A stretch of 64,000 nt of DNA, from assembly GCF_003704095.1 (NCBI RefSeq), contig NW_020846475.1, positions 620,001 through 684,000 of the forward strand, given 5' to 3'. Under the pieces are notes generated by a model. That model had not been told where the DNA came from and did not search any database. It saw only the letters and a program-made list of their open reading frames with translations. Source of the DNA: Pocillopora damicornis. Lineage: Eukaryota. This document shows, piece by piece, positions 49,043-61,000 of the stretch. Numbering within the stretch: the first letter of the stretch is position 1; every line of letters starts with the position of its first letter. The translations under genes were made by a program, and so were the position numbers.

Positions 49043-52000
49043 TTTATTTAAACGATAATACACCCTTACAACTTGTATAATGTACTAAAAAGTTATTACC
49101 AAATTGCCTTCCTTCTTTACGTAGAGGTGTGATGGATACAAGTTCGTCTTCGGTGATCAAGCGACATCTCATTGAACCAATAAAACTAGAGGCAAACATC
49201 AAGCGTTCTCTATTACCTTCTTGCAATGAGATTCCAATCATAGATTGCTCAGCTACTCTGGACTTTGTCAAGGTATTTTTATTGTTTGTCTCACGATGTA
49301 GTTATTTCCTCTGTGGGGGCAACGTTTCGACTACAAAGTGAGGTGGACTGGTCACTCGTCACGTTATACCCATAATGCTCTGGTATCTTTTGCCGAAAAA
49401 AAAAAACGGAGATAGAGAATCCATTGCGAAAGATGTTAAATTTTGTTCAAATTTCACCATCCCAACTACCCTAATCTGTTTAGTGTTATTCTTGATGTTT
49501 GCTTCTGAAGAACACCTTTTGACTATGAATGGCATATTTTCTATAACCCTTGAAGGAAAACAAGAATTTGGTGTCAGATCAAGATTACAACTTCTACCTG
49601 ATAAATTCGAGTCTTCTCGTAACCTGTTTGCTGGATAACGTATCGATATTGTATGGAGAATTTACATGTGACTCGCCTCTGGGAGTTAAAAGGTTAACCC
49701 TTGCTTTTTTTCCCTTAGAAAATGAACAAAGAATATTTTCTTTCTCGAAAACGGATGCTCGTTAATTGAAAACGCCTTTGGACAATCGGAAGGCTGGGTA
49801 TAAATCCTTACTGGGGGACTTGACTTAATCAAAAGATATATTTATTTTTCCGATTGAATTTTTAACTGATACTCCACCACAGTCATTTAAAGGCTGTGGT
49901 TAACTTTTTACTGCCGCCGGCCGCACTGTCTCTATCAATGCACTTTCTTGGTTGAAATTGTAGTTTGCAAGTTATTTGTGTCGGTAATTGTTTTTTTAAT
50001 CTTTGTTTTCAGATGAATCTGGGTCGACAAGATTACCACGTTCTCACGACACTTTTTCAAGAAAATATGAAAGAAGCTGAAAGTGTGATACTGGAAGGTA
50101 CGAACACGTCTAGTGTCGTCTAGTATTAAATTGACTTTTAAGATGAAGCAGACATTGTTCTTGTTTGAAACTTACAGGAGGTGGGAACCCCATGCAACTT
50201 CTTTTTTTTTGCATTCTTTTGCTTTTCAGACCAAACGAGACTTGATCAAAGCTTGGCAGAGGAACAAGAGGAACGTATTGACCCGTCTACTGTAACAAAT
50301 ATCTCATCTGGTATGATATTATTTGCATTGATTATTTTCCATGCGATTGAAAATGACGAAAAACGTTGATAGTAACTGAAAAAGATCTGAACAAAGAAAA
50401 AAATGAAGTCAGCAATCGTTATAAACGTAAAATTCAAAACAGAAAGAATGTTTTACCCTGTCGACGAGTTATGAAACTTACTTAGAAACGGTTCGATGTA
50501 AAGAGTGATTATCTTTACAGAACCTGGTGTACCCGAGGAGACTGCGAAAAATGTGTGGGACAGAATGGTGTTTTCATTTGATCTTGCTGGTGCTAGTCTT
50601 ATTCTGTACAACAATGAGACTCCTTTGGTAAGTTAAGCGTTGATATTTTTACTGAAATTTGTTAGTTTAGTTGTGCACAGAGTGCAAAATGAAACCAATT
50701 CAAACTCGAGTTACCTTCGGCACTCATTTGAAAGTTACTTTATAGAGGTTCGGTTTACTTTAACAACTGCAGGACCCGTTTGATACACAGTCGTCGGTCT
50801 GCGATCCAGCTACAAAACTCTGTTTATGTCATGTGGAGGAAAGTGTAGTTACCGTGGTTTTGCCAAGTGACAGCTCTGTTCAAATACACTGTGTACTTAA
50901 TGGCTGTGTTGTCGAGGATGCCAGAGAAGGAACAATTTCTGCTTTTCCTAGGTAAGTGAATGAATGTAGGCTTGATAATTAAGTTTGTTTGTGACATCAA
51001 AGGAATTACGCTGTTTCCTCTGATAGTTGGCTAGGAGATTATAAACTGGTTATAGATGGTGCTGTCTTGATTACATAACGATAATTTTCTTGCTAAAATG
51101 TGTGCAATTTCTCTTTACATCATTTGTTCGCTGGAGGGGTAGGACCTGTGGGGTTAATACCTCTCTAATTTGAAGGTTTCGTGTCTTTTTTCCCAAAGGT
51201 TAGTGGACAAAAAGATGGCGACACACTCAGGAGTTCGAACATCTTCATCCTCTAAAGAAATGTGTGACGTACTTTTCTGTCAGTTACCGTCAGGGGAGAT
51301 GAAAGGTTTGCTATCGTTGTTTTAACCACTGATGAGTTACATAGTTGCATAATTCGTGCTGCAGTAAGGAATCGCGTGCATCTCCTTTTTGGCGAATTTA
51401 CTGCTACTTTTGAAAGTTCCAAGACAAAATCTGTGATTGCGAAAACATTGCTATTTTATTTTTCCTCCGGCTCATACTGGTTATTTCACTTTCTCATGTA
51501 TTTCTTTTCTTTTCTCTTTTTGTTTTCATCTTTTGCAGTCCAAGTGTCCTTGCAAAACGCTACCATTTTTGTCAACTTTCCTTTCTTGTTCATTTTACTG
51601 GAGTTCATCACCATTCCGCCATCCGACGTGAATCATCCTCGAGAGCCACAAGTCTCAGTAGTCAGTCAAACCTCTCTGGATGCTTCAGGTGTTAGGGACC
51701 CAGAAACTCCCAGGGAGGGGAGGGATGCACAGATACACAGGACTGAAAGTGGAGATGTCACTTCTACTGATGCTCCTAGTCAAGTAGATGCTGCAGCATC
51801 GCCTACTCAAGAGACGCAGCTGAAAATTGTTGTTCATGGTGTAGTGGAAGATCCAAACATTGTCTTACTTTCTGACGCTACAAACAAAGAGAGCGAGGCG
51901 CTTATTGTTCAGGTGATTGGATTTTGGTCGCTGTTTTTGAGCATTTTGATATTTATGTAATCAGATAGACAAAGATACAGAGGTTATCGCGATTGAATTA

Positions 52001-55000
52001 TTATGACCAACTTACTTTGCTTTCTACATTTACCTTTTTGGTTAACTGTCTGTTGACAGTTCTGTTATCTGGGATTTTTTATCGGTTTTCTTATATGAGA
52101 ATCATAGTCGATGACCATTTGATTCAAGAAGTCGTTCTCTTTCAATGGCTACCACTTTGATTGAAGCAACGCAGTAGCAAATCAAACCTTGCGTCTTCGT
52201 AACATGGTTACAGAGTTCTTCATTCTTGTGGCCGTTTTCTCGTTTGTGCTGTGATATTTGATAAATCTTCCATATGTTGGCAAAATAAGAAAACAAAAAC
52301 TGATATAGAGAATGAACATTTCAAAAAATTTAGGCGAAAGTGAAGTTTGATTATACTTTGGAAGGAGTGAAGCAGAGTCTTTCAGCGGATTTGAAAAATC
52401 TCCAAATGCAAGCTGCACAGTTTCCTGATGTTAAAAGGACATCTTATAAGGTAACGTAAATAAGTAGGTTTTTGCTTCTCTTACCGTAGCCCGTGCATTA
52501 ATGAGAAGACTTAATGGATTATGCGAAGAGGTGATAAGTCCATAGATAGCTGGATGCAACGAGTGTGGACGATAGAAGTTGCATTTTGTTCGTACAAATG
52601 GCTTTTCGTGCCTACACTGTAGCGTTAATGGAGAAAACTACAAAGACGCACATAACCTTTTTTTAGCATCCAGCTGTATAACCGACTTTTAAATGGGAAT
52701 TGTTTTTTTCAGGTTTTGAACCCTTGTTCATTGTCATTTAAGTACTTGACACCGGCCTCGACTGAGGGTGGTCAAGACATCTCTATTACATTAGAAGAAA
52801 TGGTGTTCGAATTCTCTCCAGGTCTCTTCACTACTGTCAGTAACGTAGTTACAGCATTAACAGGACAGCAAAAGGTAGCTGTCTTTATGAGTTGAACTTT
52901 TATTCAAACGGAGCTTCAACATCTCTCTCNNNNNNNNNNCCCCTGAGCCACCCAAGTGCCGCAAAAGTGAACTCTTTACCTCTGAACACGATAACGATAA
53001 CTACGTGAATTCTGGTGGAAAAGACGTAACAGTTCCGGTTCAAATTTATTTCCCATCCAGGTAAGGTTCAAAATCCCCACCCTTCGGACATGGACGACAG
53101 AGAAATTTTCTGGGAGACCTGCCCCTTGCCGAGGGGAAAGAAAGAGTGTTGAAGCTTCGAATTGATCGGTGCAATGCATTGCGGAATTTTGAATTATAGC
53201 GGGCTGGAATATTCATTTTATGTTCCAGGGAAACCCCGCGACCTTCGATGGCAGGGATGTTGTCAATATCGACGATAAATGAAGATGATAATTCTAACGG
53301 TGTAGTGTTGTACATTTTCACTAGTAAGCCGGGTTCTTCATTTTCATCAACCAACTGATAACAAACAACGAAAATAGCCCCAATCTGCCAAAGAGAATGA
53401 ATTAATACTCCAAGGGATATGAAAATCACATTTATGACAAAAAAGTCGTGTAAGAAATTTTATCTCCCTGATAAAGAGATGAGCCGGGCTAATGGCTTAG
53501 ATTATCATCTAGATCTCCGAGCATGGAAAGTCCGAAAGTGTGAGTTCGATTCCATTTGTTATTTTGATTGGTAGGTCGATGAAAGCGTTCAGACAGTGGG
53601 TGATGAGGTGGTTAGCGCGCCAGCTGACTTGTGGGAGAGTAAACCGGCCTCTGCTGAGTATTGGTATAAGAAAAAAGGTTGGCGAAAGAAATTACGTTGT
53701 TTACACATACAAATTTCAATAGGAACAATAACCCTGTTTCAAAATAATTTTTCCAGAGGTAGAGGCTATAGCCAAAACTTCTTTAACATATTTGTATGTG
53801 AAAAAGAAATATGATAAATTTTACTCCAATTTCTATTCTGCAGCGATTGAAGACGCCAAACCCAAGTTGGTGATAAGGAGAGCGTCTGGTGATAAGGTTA
53901 GTATGTCTATTGTAATCTCACCTAAACTTATCTTGACTCTAACCCTTTAACTCCCAAGATCTGATTACTAATTCTCCCCCCAGCTCCTACATTTCCTTGT
54001 AAATCAGTTATGAGAATTCAGAGTTAGATCAAGGCAACAACTTCTACCTGATAAGTTGAAGTTTTCTCAATACCTGTTTGCAGGAGAATGCATTGATATT
54101 ATAGGGAGAAGTTCCATGTTAATCACTTCTGGGATTTAAAGGGTTAATGCCTAAGAGGGAATGCACATTCTGAATGGCGCATTTACATATTCAAAACTAA
54201 ATTTATATGTACGTTCATTTTTACTTTCAGCTCAGCTTGACAATTAAAGAAGTTCAACTGGTGTTGGTGAATGAGGTTGAAGGTGCCCATATTCCTTTGC
54301 TGTTGATTCGCTCATGCGCGAAAGGCAAAGTGTTTGATTGGTCTGCTCAGGTAAGTTAAAGAATATGTGAAGCTGAGATGAACCATATCCTTATCAGCTT
54401 TGATGTTTGACCCCCTTGTTAAAGAGTTTTGTGGGATTCAATGTAATAAAGGCGAGCTCAAAATGTAACTGGATCATTTAATCTCTGTGTGATAACTTCA
54501 GGGGTTTCAATGACTTTATCCCTAAGGGGCTGCCAATGGAGTAATGAGCAGCTGTGCCCGGAAACGAACCGAAAGGCGAAAACGAAACCCAAACACGAGG
54601 GTCTGCAAAGCCTCAACAGATGGCAGTAAGAGTTCTTATAGGCGGCGGTACACCGCCGGTCACAAGTTTGTAATGAAACCCTTGTAACATTATTTTACTT
54701 TTTCACTTGTAAAACAGCTAAAAGTTGAAGCAGATGTAGCGGCACAGGTTTGTTACTACAATGAGTGTCTTGCTGTTTGGGAGCCACTGTTGGAGCCGGT
54801 TGTAGTCGAAGACCAGAAAACCATGTGGGAAGTGCAACTGAAGGTGATAGTTAGATGTGTTCCTGCTTGCAATGACCATGTTGTTAACCCTTAAAAATCC
54901 AGGATAACTTGAGCATTTCTCCTAACTGTATCACCCCTGACTCAAGTATTTAGGTTATAAGAATCATAGCAAGACCTATGATGCACCAATATCCTATCCG

Positions 55001-58000
55001 TGAAGAGTCTCGACTCACCTAGTCAGTTTATTCTTGGGAGACCGAGCAGTGTTGTGGGCCACTTTCTCGCAAGAGTAAACAAACGTGTAGAAAGACCATT
55101 ACTTTGTGTTGCAAAAATGTAAGCGAACGCTTTTTCTCCTTGTAGTTTTTCCTTGCCGATGGATACGTTTCAAGTTTCTCCCCGAAAGATTCAGAATTGT
55201 GTGACGGTACCCCGCGAGATGTTACGAATGCTCATCAAACTGGAGATGCGACAGACTCTGGTCTGCGCTCTTTGGCTCAAAAGAGATCTTCATTCAGAAG
55301 GAAACGGCGTTTGTCTTCAGAACGGCGAACATGGTACAATTTTGTGATTGATAAGCACATGTCGTGGAAAGTAGCACGGCAAACTTCCTTTCCGGTGTGC
55401 AAAAATAGGGGTCCGTGGAAGGTTGTCTGTAGCCCTAGTCCATTTTAGGGATCTGTGTACCAAAAGTCAGTTTTCTCGGGAATTCGTTTTCGTTGAAAGT
55501 TGTTGCCAAAGTGACATGGGAGATTAGTGCTGTTTTAAACACACATTTGCACGTAAATATAATTTGTGACAGCTATCTCTAATGTTCATCTCGACGGAAA
55601 TGTTTCACTTTCTGAGATGAAAAAAATTTATCTATCGTTGCAGGCCAAGAAGGAAACAAAAGCGTCGTCCACGAATAACCGGCCCAGCAACTGACGATGA
55701 AGGTGATCTTGATTTCAACGGGGCCTTGACTACGTTCATCCAGTCCACTCAGACGGCATTCATGGACCCGTCTTTGGAGGTTGAGAGCGACAGTGCCATA
55801 GATGTGGTTGATGCGCCGCAGGATGGAGTCGGGGCTCCTTCCGCTGACCATGATGACAAGCCGACGCAAGCCATGTACATGGTCATCAGTTCACATGATG
55901 TTATGCAATTGACCGTTACTTCTACAGCTGTAAAAATTCTATCTGAGCTGAGCGAGGTATTAGAGACCTTTATATTCTAAAGCGAGTAAGACTGCCAGTT
56001 CTAATTGAATCAACACGCGCAAACTTGCGTTAATTTGGCGGGTAAATACGACAGCCTTCAACAGCTCTAACTTGTGATAAATACAGAATAAGGGCGCTAC
56101 TCTGAACTCGGCAGAGATACGTTTGTGGTGTTGGGTTTATTTTTCATTTTTTTTCTATGAACGACTGTCAATATTTTGGGCGTTTTTTTTTATTGTAAGC
56201 CTTAGAGGTTCTGGATTAGTACATGATGTAAAGTTACTTTTCTTTCTTTGTTGATGTCAGCGTAGTTGATACTATTGGAGTCTTTGTCTTTTTATTTTCT
56301 CAGCTGTGGACGATTGATAGAACGAAGAAACTGAGAACAGTTCCTCTGGCAACCTTTGTCATCCATAACGAGGTGTGCTGTAAAACGACAACGGTCTCCA
56401 TTCTTGTCGTTATTTTTAGAAGACGTTTGCTTTACATCGTATTTAGCGGTAGTGAAACCTGTTTTAGCGGACATCCGCTTCTCAGTTGTTAACAGAAATT
56501 AAGAGCGCCTCAAAATTAGAGGTAATTTGTATTTGCAGTAAATGGTTTCAACCCAGGGGTGACGTTTGATCCTGTAGTCTACTGATCTAGTGAGGTTAGT
56601 TCTGAGAAGAACGGCGGAAGTCATCATAACAGTAGAGATGACTCGACTGATCCGCTTAGGATAATTTCCACTCAGGTTGTCGAAACGTCAGTCACTTCTA
56701 CCTTCAACGGTTCTTATAAGGACTACCCTCTCCTGGGCGATCAGACTACTAGAACTAATTAATTTGTTTATAATTATTTAAAATAAATTAGTTTGGTTGG
56801 CGAGATATTCAAATATAAATTAGCTAATAGGTGCACACTTTTTTAGCTTGGAATCCATGCGGCAGTGACAGTGAGCCATAAGCTTCAGGTATGTGCTATT
56901 CAGATAGAGCACCTACTACCATATTTTCTCTTTTACCGCCTACGAGTTCTGTGTTTCTACATGGTTGGCCAGGGTCTTTGTTTATCGGGTAAGATGCTTT
57001 CTTTTCGTGGTGGCTCTCTACAATCGTGTAAAATAGTTTAGGACCGTTAACTCTCTGATAAATTCTGGCAGGTACGCTAGTTAATCTCGTATGTGGACAA
57101 CATGGGTAACATGGCTCGTAGATTTTCCTAAAACGTCCTATGTGAATTTTTCTTATTAGGATGAACAAATGTCTGGTGTTTGTTGTATGTTCTAGCTAAA
57201 GCATCTCTTTTTTCTTGCCAATTGTCTTTTTTTACCATTAGGTCTCAGATACGGAACAGTTAACCGTACGTCAGAGAATTCCGAAACTGCCAACCATAGG
57301 GAATTCTGGCCTTGCAGATGTCGCCGTAGACCTGGCCAATAAGACACAACGATATCCACGTGACGATTTTGTGCGTTCAATAACCGAGCCAGTATTTAAT
57401 CGCCTCAGGGAGAAACTCTACAAAATACGAAGGAAAAGAACCTCATCTGATCCGGTGACTCTCGATGCCATCAGGCAGCGTAAATTGTCCCTTCAGGGTG
57501 CAGTTTCTTTCCAAATCGGCCCAGAAGAATTTAGGAAAAAACTTGCTTTAAGGAAGGGTCTTTCTCTTGATTCAGTCATGACGCAGACGGATGGAAACAC
57601 TGATACCCAACAAACACGCACTGAATTGTCCTCAGAGCGAGATAAGGTCAAAGTTAGGAAGGAAAGCGAAGAGGAAACGTTAAATGCTCTACCACACCTT
57701 GAAGAACGTGAAGGGGAAGACAGTGAGTGACCCGAGTGCAAGTAACCAAGTAAAAAACACTAAATATGGAGAGGCTTCAATCTTACAAAAAAGCGACCAA
57801 AGGATCCCACGACAACATTCCTAGATAGCTTTCTTTTTTTTTGTTTTTTTTTCCGAAGAAATAGAATCGAACTCTTTTTGAGATTTACTTAAATGTCATC
57901 TGCTTTATTGTTTTTTTTTTTCAATTTTTTTCAGCTGTATTTATTGAGGTCTCCTGTTTACATGTAAATTGAATGCTCGCCGCGAAAGTGTTTTATCATT

Positions 58001-61000
58001 ATTATCGCAAAAAAAATTGTTTGAAAATGAACTCTAAGGAAAGAGTACAGTCTAATAAGTTTTAAACAACTTAAGTGAATGAGAAATATGAAAGCCGCCA
58101 TGCAGAATACTTTGTGGTCAAAAATTAAGAGAAGAGTTTATCCAAATCACGCAAAGAAATCTTTGCGTATCATTCTACTCTGAGATTTTCGAAATTGTAT
58201 TTTATGATATTACACATTTGAAATGTGTCCGAAAAAAGTTGACTGAAATGTAAAACCTTTTTTCGCTACAGGTCTTGCCGAAACGCAAGTGGGTCATGCA
58301 ATTGCCAACATCGGTTCTTTGGTTGGTGGGTTGCTTTCACCTCATCATGAAAGAAAAAACAAGGACAAGCGCAGAGGAAAGTTCGGCTCTGATGATGCTA
58401 CGTACGATGACAACATTATCTCTTTAACTGTAAGTTACCTTCTCTCCTCTTTTCAGTCTTTATTGCTTGTTCATAGTCTCAAAAGTCTATTATAAATGTG
58501 ATAACCTTATTTTATTGTTGTTGCGATCTTGAAGTTATAACAGATATACTTAAACAGTGTGCCCTGGTTTAAATAAAATTACTTATAATTGCTCGTGTTC
58601 AACAAAGTTGAGTCAAGCACTCACTACAACCACTGATTCAGGACAAGTTAACCTCGAACAACAAAACATGTCCACATTTATTAGTCTGTGGTGACGGTGA
58701 AACCCTTTCTTATCTAAAGTTTCATTTAGACAGTTAATTTATTCTCTTCATGCGTCTATGCACTTAAGGCCTCGGGCAGAGAACACCATTAATTTCTGTC
58801 GGTTACCTGTCGGTTAAGGCAAGGTGCCTTCGTGTCCAGCCCCTGTGCCTCTTTTCCCTTCCTACGCCTCTCTTTCAAGTTTCTTTGGGGAGGCCTAAGG
58901 GAGTCCATCGGAGGCATGCACTTTTGGGCAGGGCTAAGGATGGCATTTGGTGAATATGGCCAATCCATCTTCATCTTCTTCTTCTAAATGAAACTTATTT
59001 TCGCTAGGTGGATGGGTTTTACCATATGAATGTCATCTCCGTTAGTCGCTCTGGATCGTTCCTGCACGAGCTTTCTCCACGAGATGCACCGTTGTGTGAG
59101 GTAATTAGGATAACAGCGTTGTATGACAGCTTGCGAAACTAAGTTTATTTACGAAACCCCCGTTATTTTGGCCAATTCGGCGGGCTGTATTTCACTGTAC
59201 GGCCCGCTAATTTCTAAAGTTTGTGTAAATTGAATATCCCCCATCTATTTGAAACCAGAGATATAATAAATGACTTACTAACCTAGTTTTCTCGGTCCGC
59301 ACTGTAAGTTACGGAGGCTCGTTTTTCCCACACGGATTTATGGGCCACGCGCTTCGCGCTTCGCGGTTACCGTTCTTCAAGGTGCGACCTTTTTGGTCGC
59401 CATGGCAAGTAGAAAAAAATGTTGGCGAGTAAATTTTTAGATAAAGTCGCTTTTACGTAGAGTTTTTTGTCTAAAGTTTAAGTGAGATAAGTGTATGCAT
59501 AAAATGTTGTTAATTCTCTCTAGAAAATTTCCTCTTCATCCTTGGTTGTCTTTGTATTTAGCCTGGAGATATTCTCTGTACTTCAAAAAACGAACGCTAG
59601 CCTTTTTTTCCCCAGTTTTTCTTCGATAAATTTCAGTATTTTTCTGACGAATTAACTTTCAATCTCTGCCAAACATTTTATGATTTTACATCACCAATTG
59701 GTGGCTATGAAAGTAGGTCCCACTGAGTCCTGAGTTTTATTAATTTTGTTTTCATTTTGTTTTCAGGCAAAACACAAGTGGTTTGTCGTTGTTCAAGTAG
59801 ATATAAAACGCGGTCGTAAAACAGTCACTATTAGGTCACCACTGCGGGTAAGATGTCTATTGTGTTTTCTCACCAAAACTTTAACCCACCTAAAAGGTGT
59901 CCACCGTGTTTAATCATCTTTATCGAAATATATATTTGATGTCATCATAAACTCTTTCTAGTGTCGTGGTCATTATTGCCGTGAATGTGTGTAATAATTG
60001 CAGGAAATTCGAAATTTACTTGCCTCGCGGATCATCTGAGTACATTAAACATCTGCAAATATTACCCCTCCCCATTTTGGTTGGTACTCTAACATTGAGC
60101 TGCTGCAGGGTTCAAAATAGTGGCCGATCAACAAACTATCTCTGGTTCAATACGTTTGTTCTATGTGAGGGGGGGGGAGGTGGAATTTGTTGCGATGTGA
60201 CGTAATGGATATTTGTCTGGCCAAAAATGGGTTGCGTCCGAGCAAAAATACGTTTGACCGGATAACTTGACCGGGGTCAGCCGGGACATTTATTCGAGTC
60301 TTGTATTGCAATCTTAATCGTTTAATAGAAGCCTGTGAAATTCTCTCGTAGATCCAAAACCACCTTCATGTCCCAGTGGATATTTTCGTTAAGAGACGAG
60401 ATTCATTAGAATCGGGAGAAGACCATCCTTTCAAACTCTTCAGCGTGGAATCTGGTGGTGTGCAGAATGTGCCTTTACATACGGCTTACAACGAAGAGCT
60501 TTTCTTTAAACCTGGTGGTACTGAGTAAGTTAGGTCCTTTAGCTCAGCAAAGTAGCAGAATTATCTTTCAGAATTATTTCGTGTTTTTCCATATTTCTCC
60601 GTTGTGGATTTGTAAGGGAAAACTTCTGCAAAACGTATCGGAGTGCGAAGTACAACCTAAACTGGAACATAATTAACCTAACCGCCAAAATACATTCAAA
60701 CTTTGTTGCAGATAATTATTCTCTTCAATCATTTCATGCGACATAACTGCATCATATTGTCTTCTGAGCTCATTCTGGAGTCGTAGTTCCCATGCTTTCG
60801 GACGTGGGGAAATGCTGTCTCCACCCCAACCTCGCCCCGTATCAGCCACATTGTTGTGTACTGCCTCAGAGATGACGTTCTGTGCATAGTTTCTGCCTGA
60901 AAACGGTTTTAGATTTCGACCTTTGTGTTCTTGACAAGGCTATGCTTTTCAAAGAAACCACTACAGTGCATTCGTCTTTTTTGACTCCAAGTACATGAAA

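Larger units (their letters stand above)
36973..50097 (+). repeat. Intragenic tandem duplication of a ~500-aa VPS13 segment (copy 1 exons 36973-42517; copy 2 exons 43435-50097)
   Basis: Paired exons have identical or near-identical lengths and the same phases (163/157, 74/74, 143/143, 83+141/164, 52/52, 52/52, 39/39, 132/138, 78/78, 209/230, 139/148, 73/85). Peptides align, e.g. ADPSGPEFKEKFQSIEQLI / VDPRCPEFKSTFRTVEQQI and MNLGVNDF / MNLGRQDY. Confidence 0.92.

Noticed and set aside
36973-50097. Assembly artefact (haplotype duplication) explaining the VPS13 repeat
   Set aside because: The copies are highly diverged in protein sequence and share no visible intron similarity, so the duplication is ancient.
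53480-53553. tRNA gene (GTTCGATTCC B-box-like sequence)
   Set aside because: No complete cloverleaf; at most a decayed tRNA-derived SINE head.
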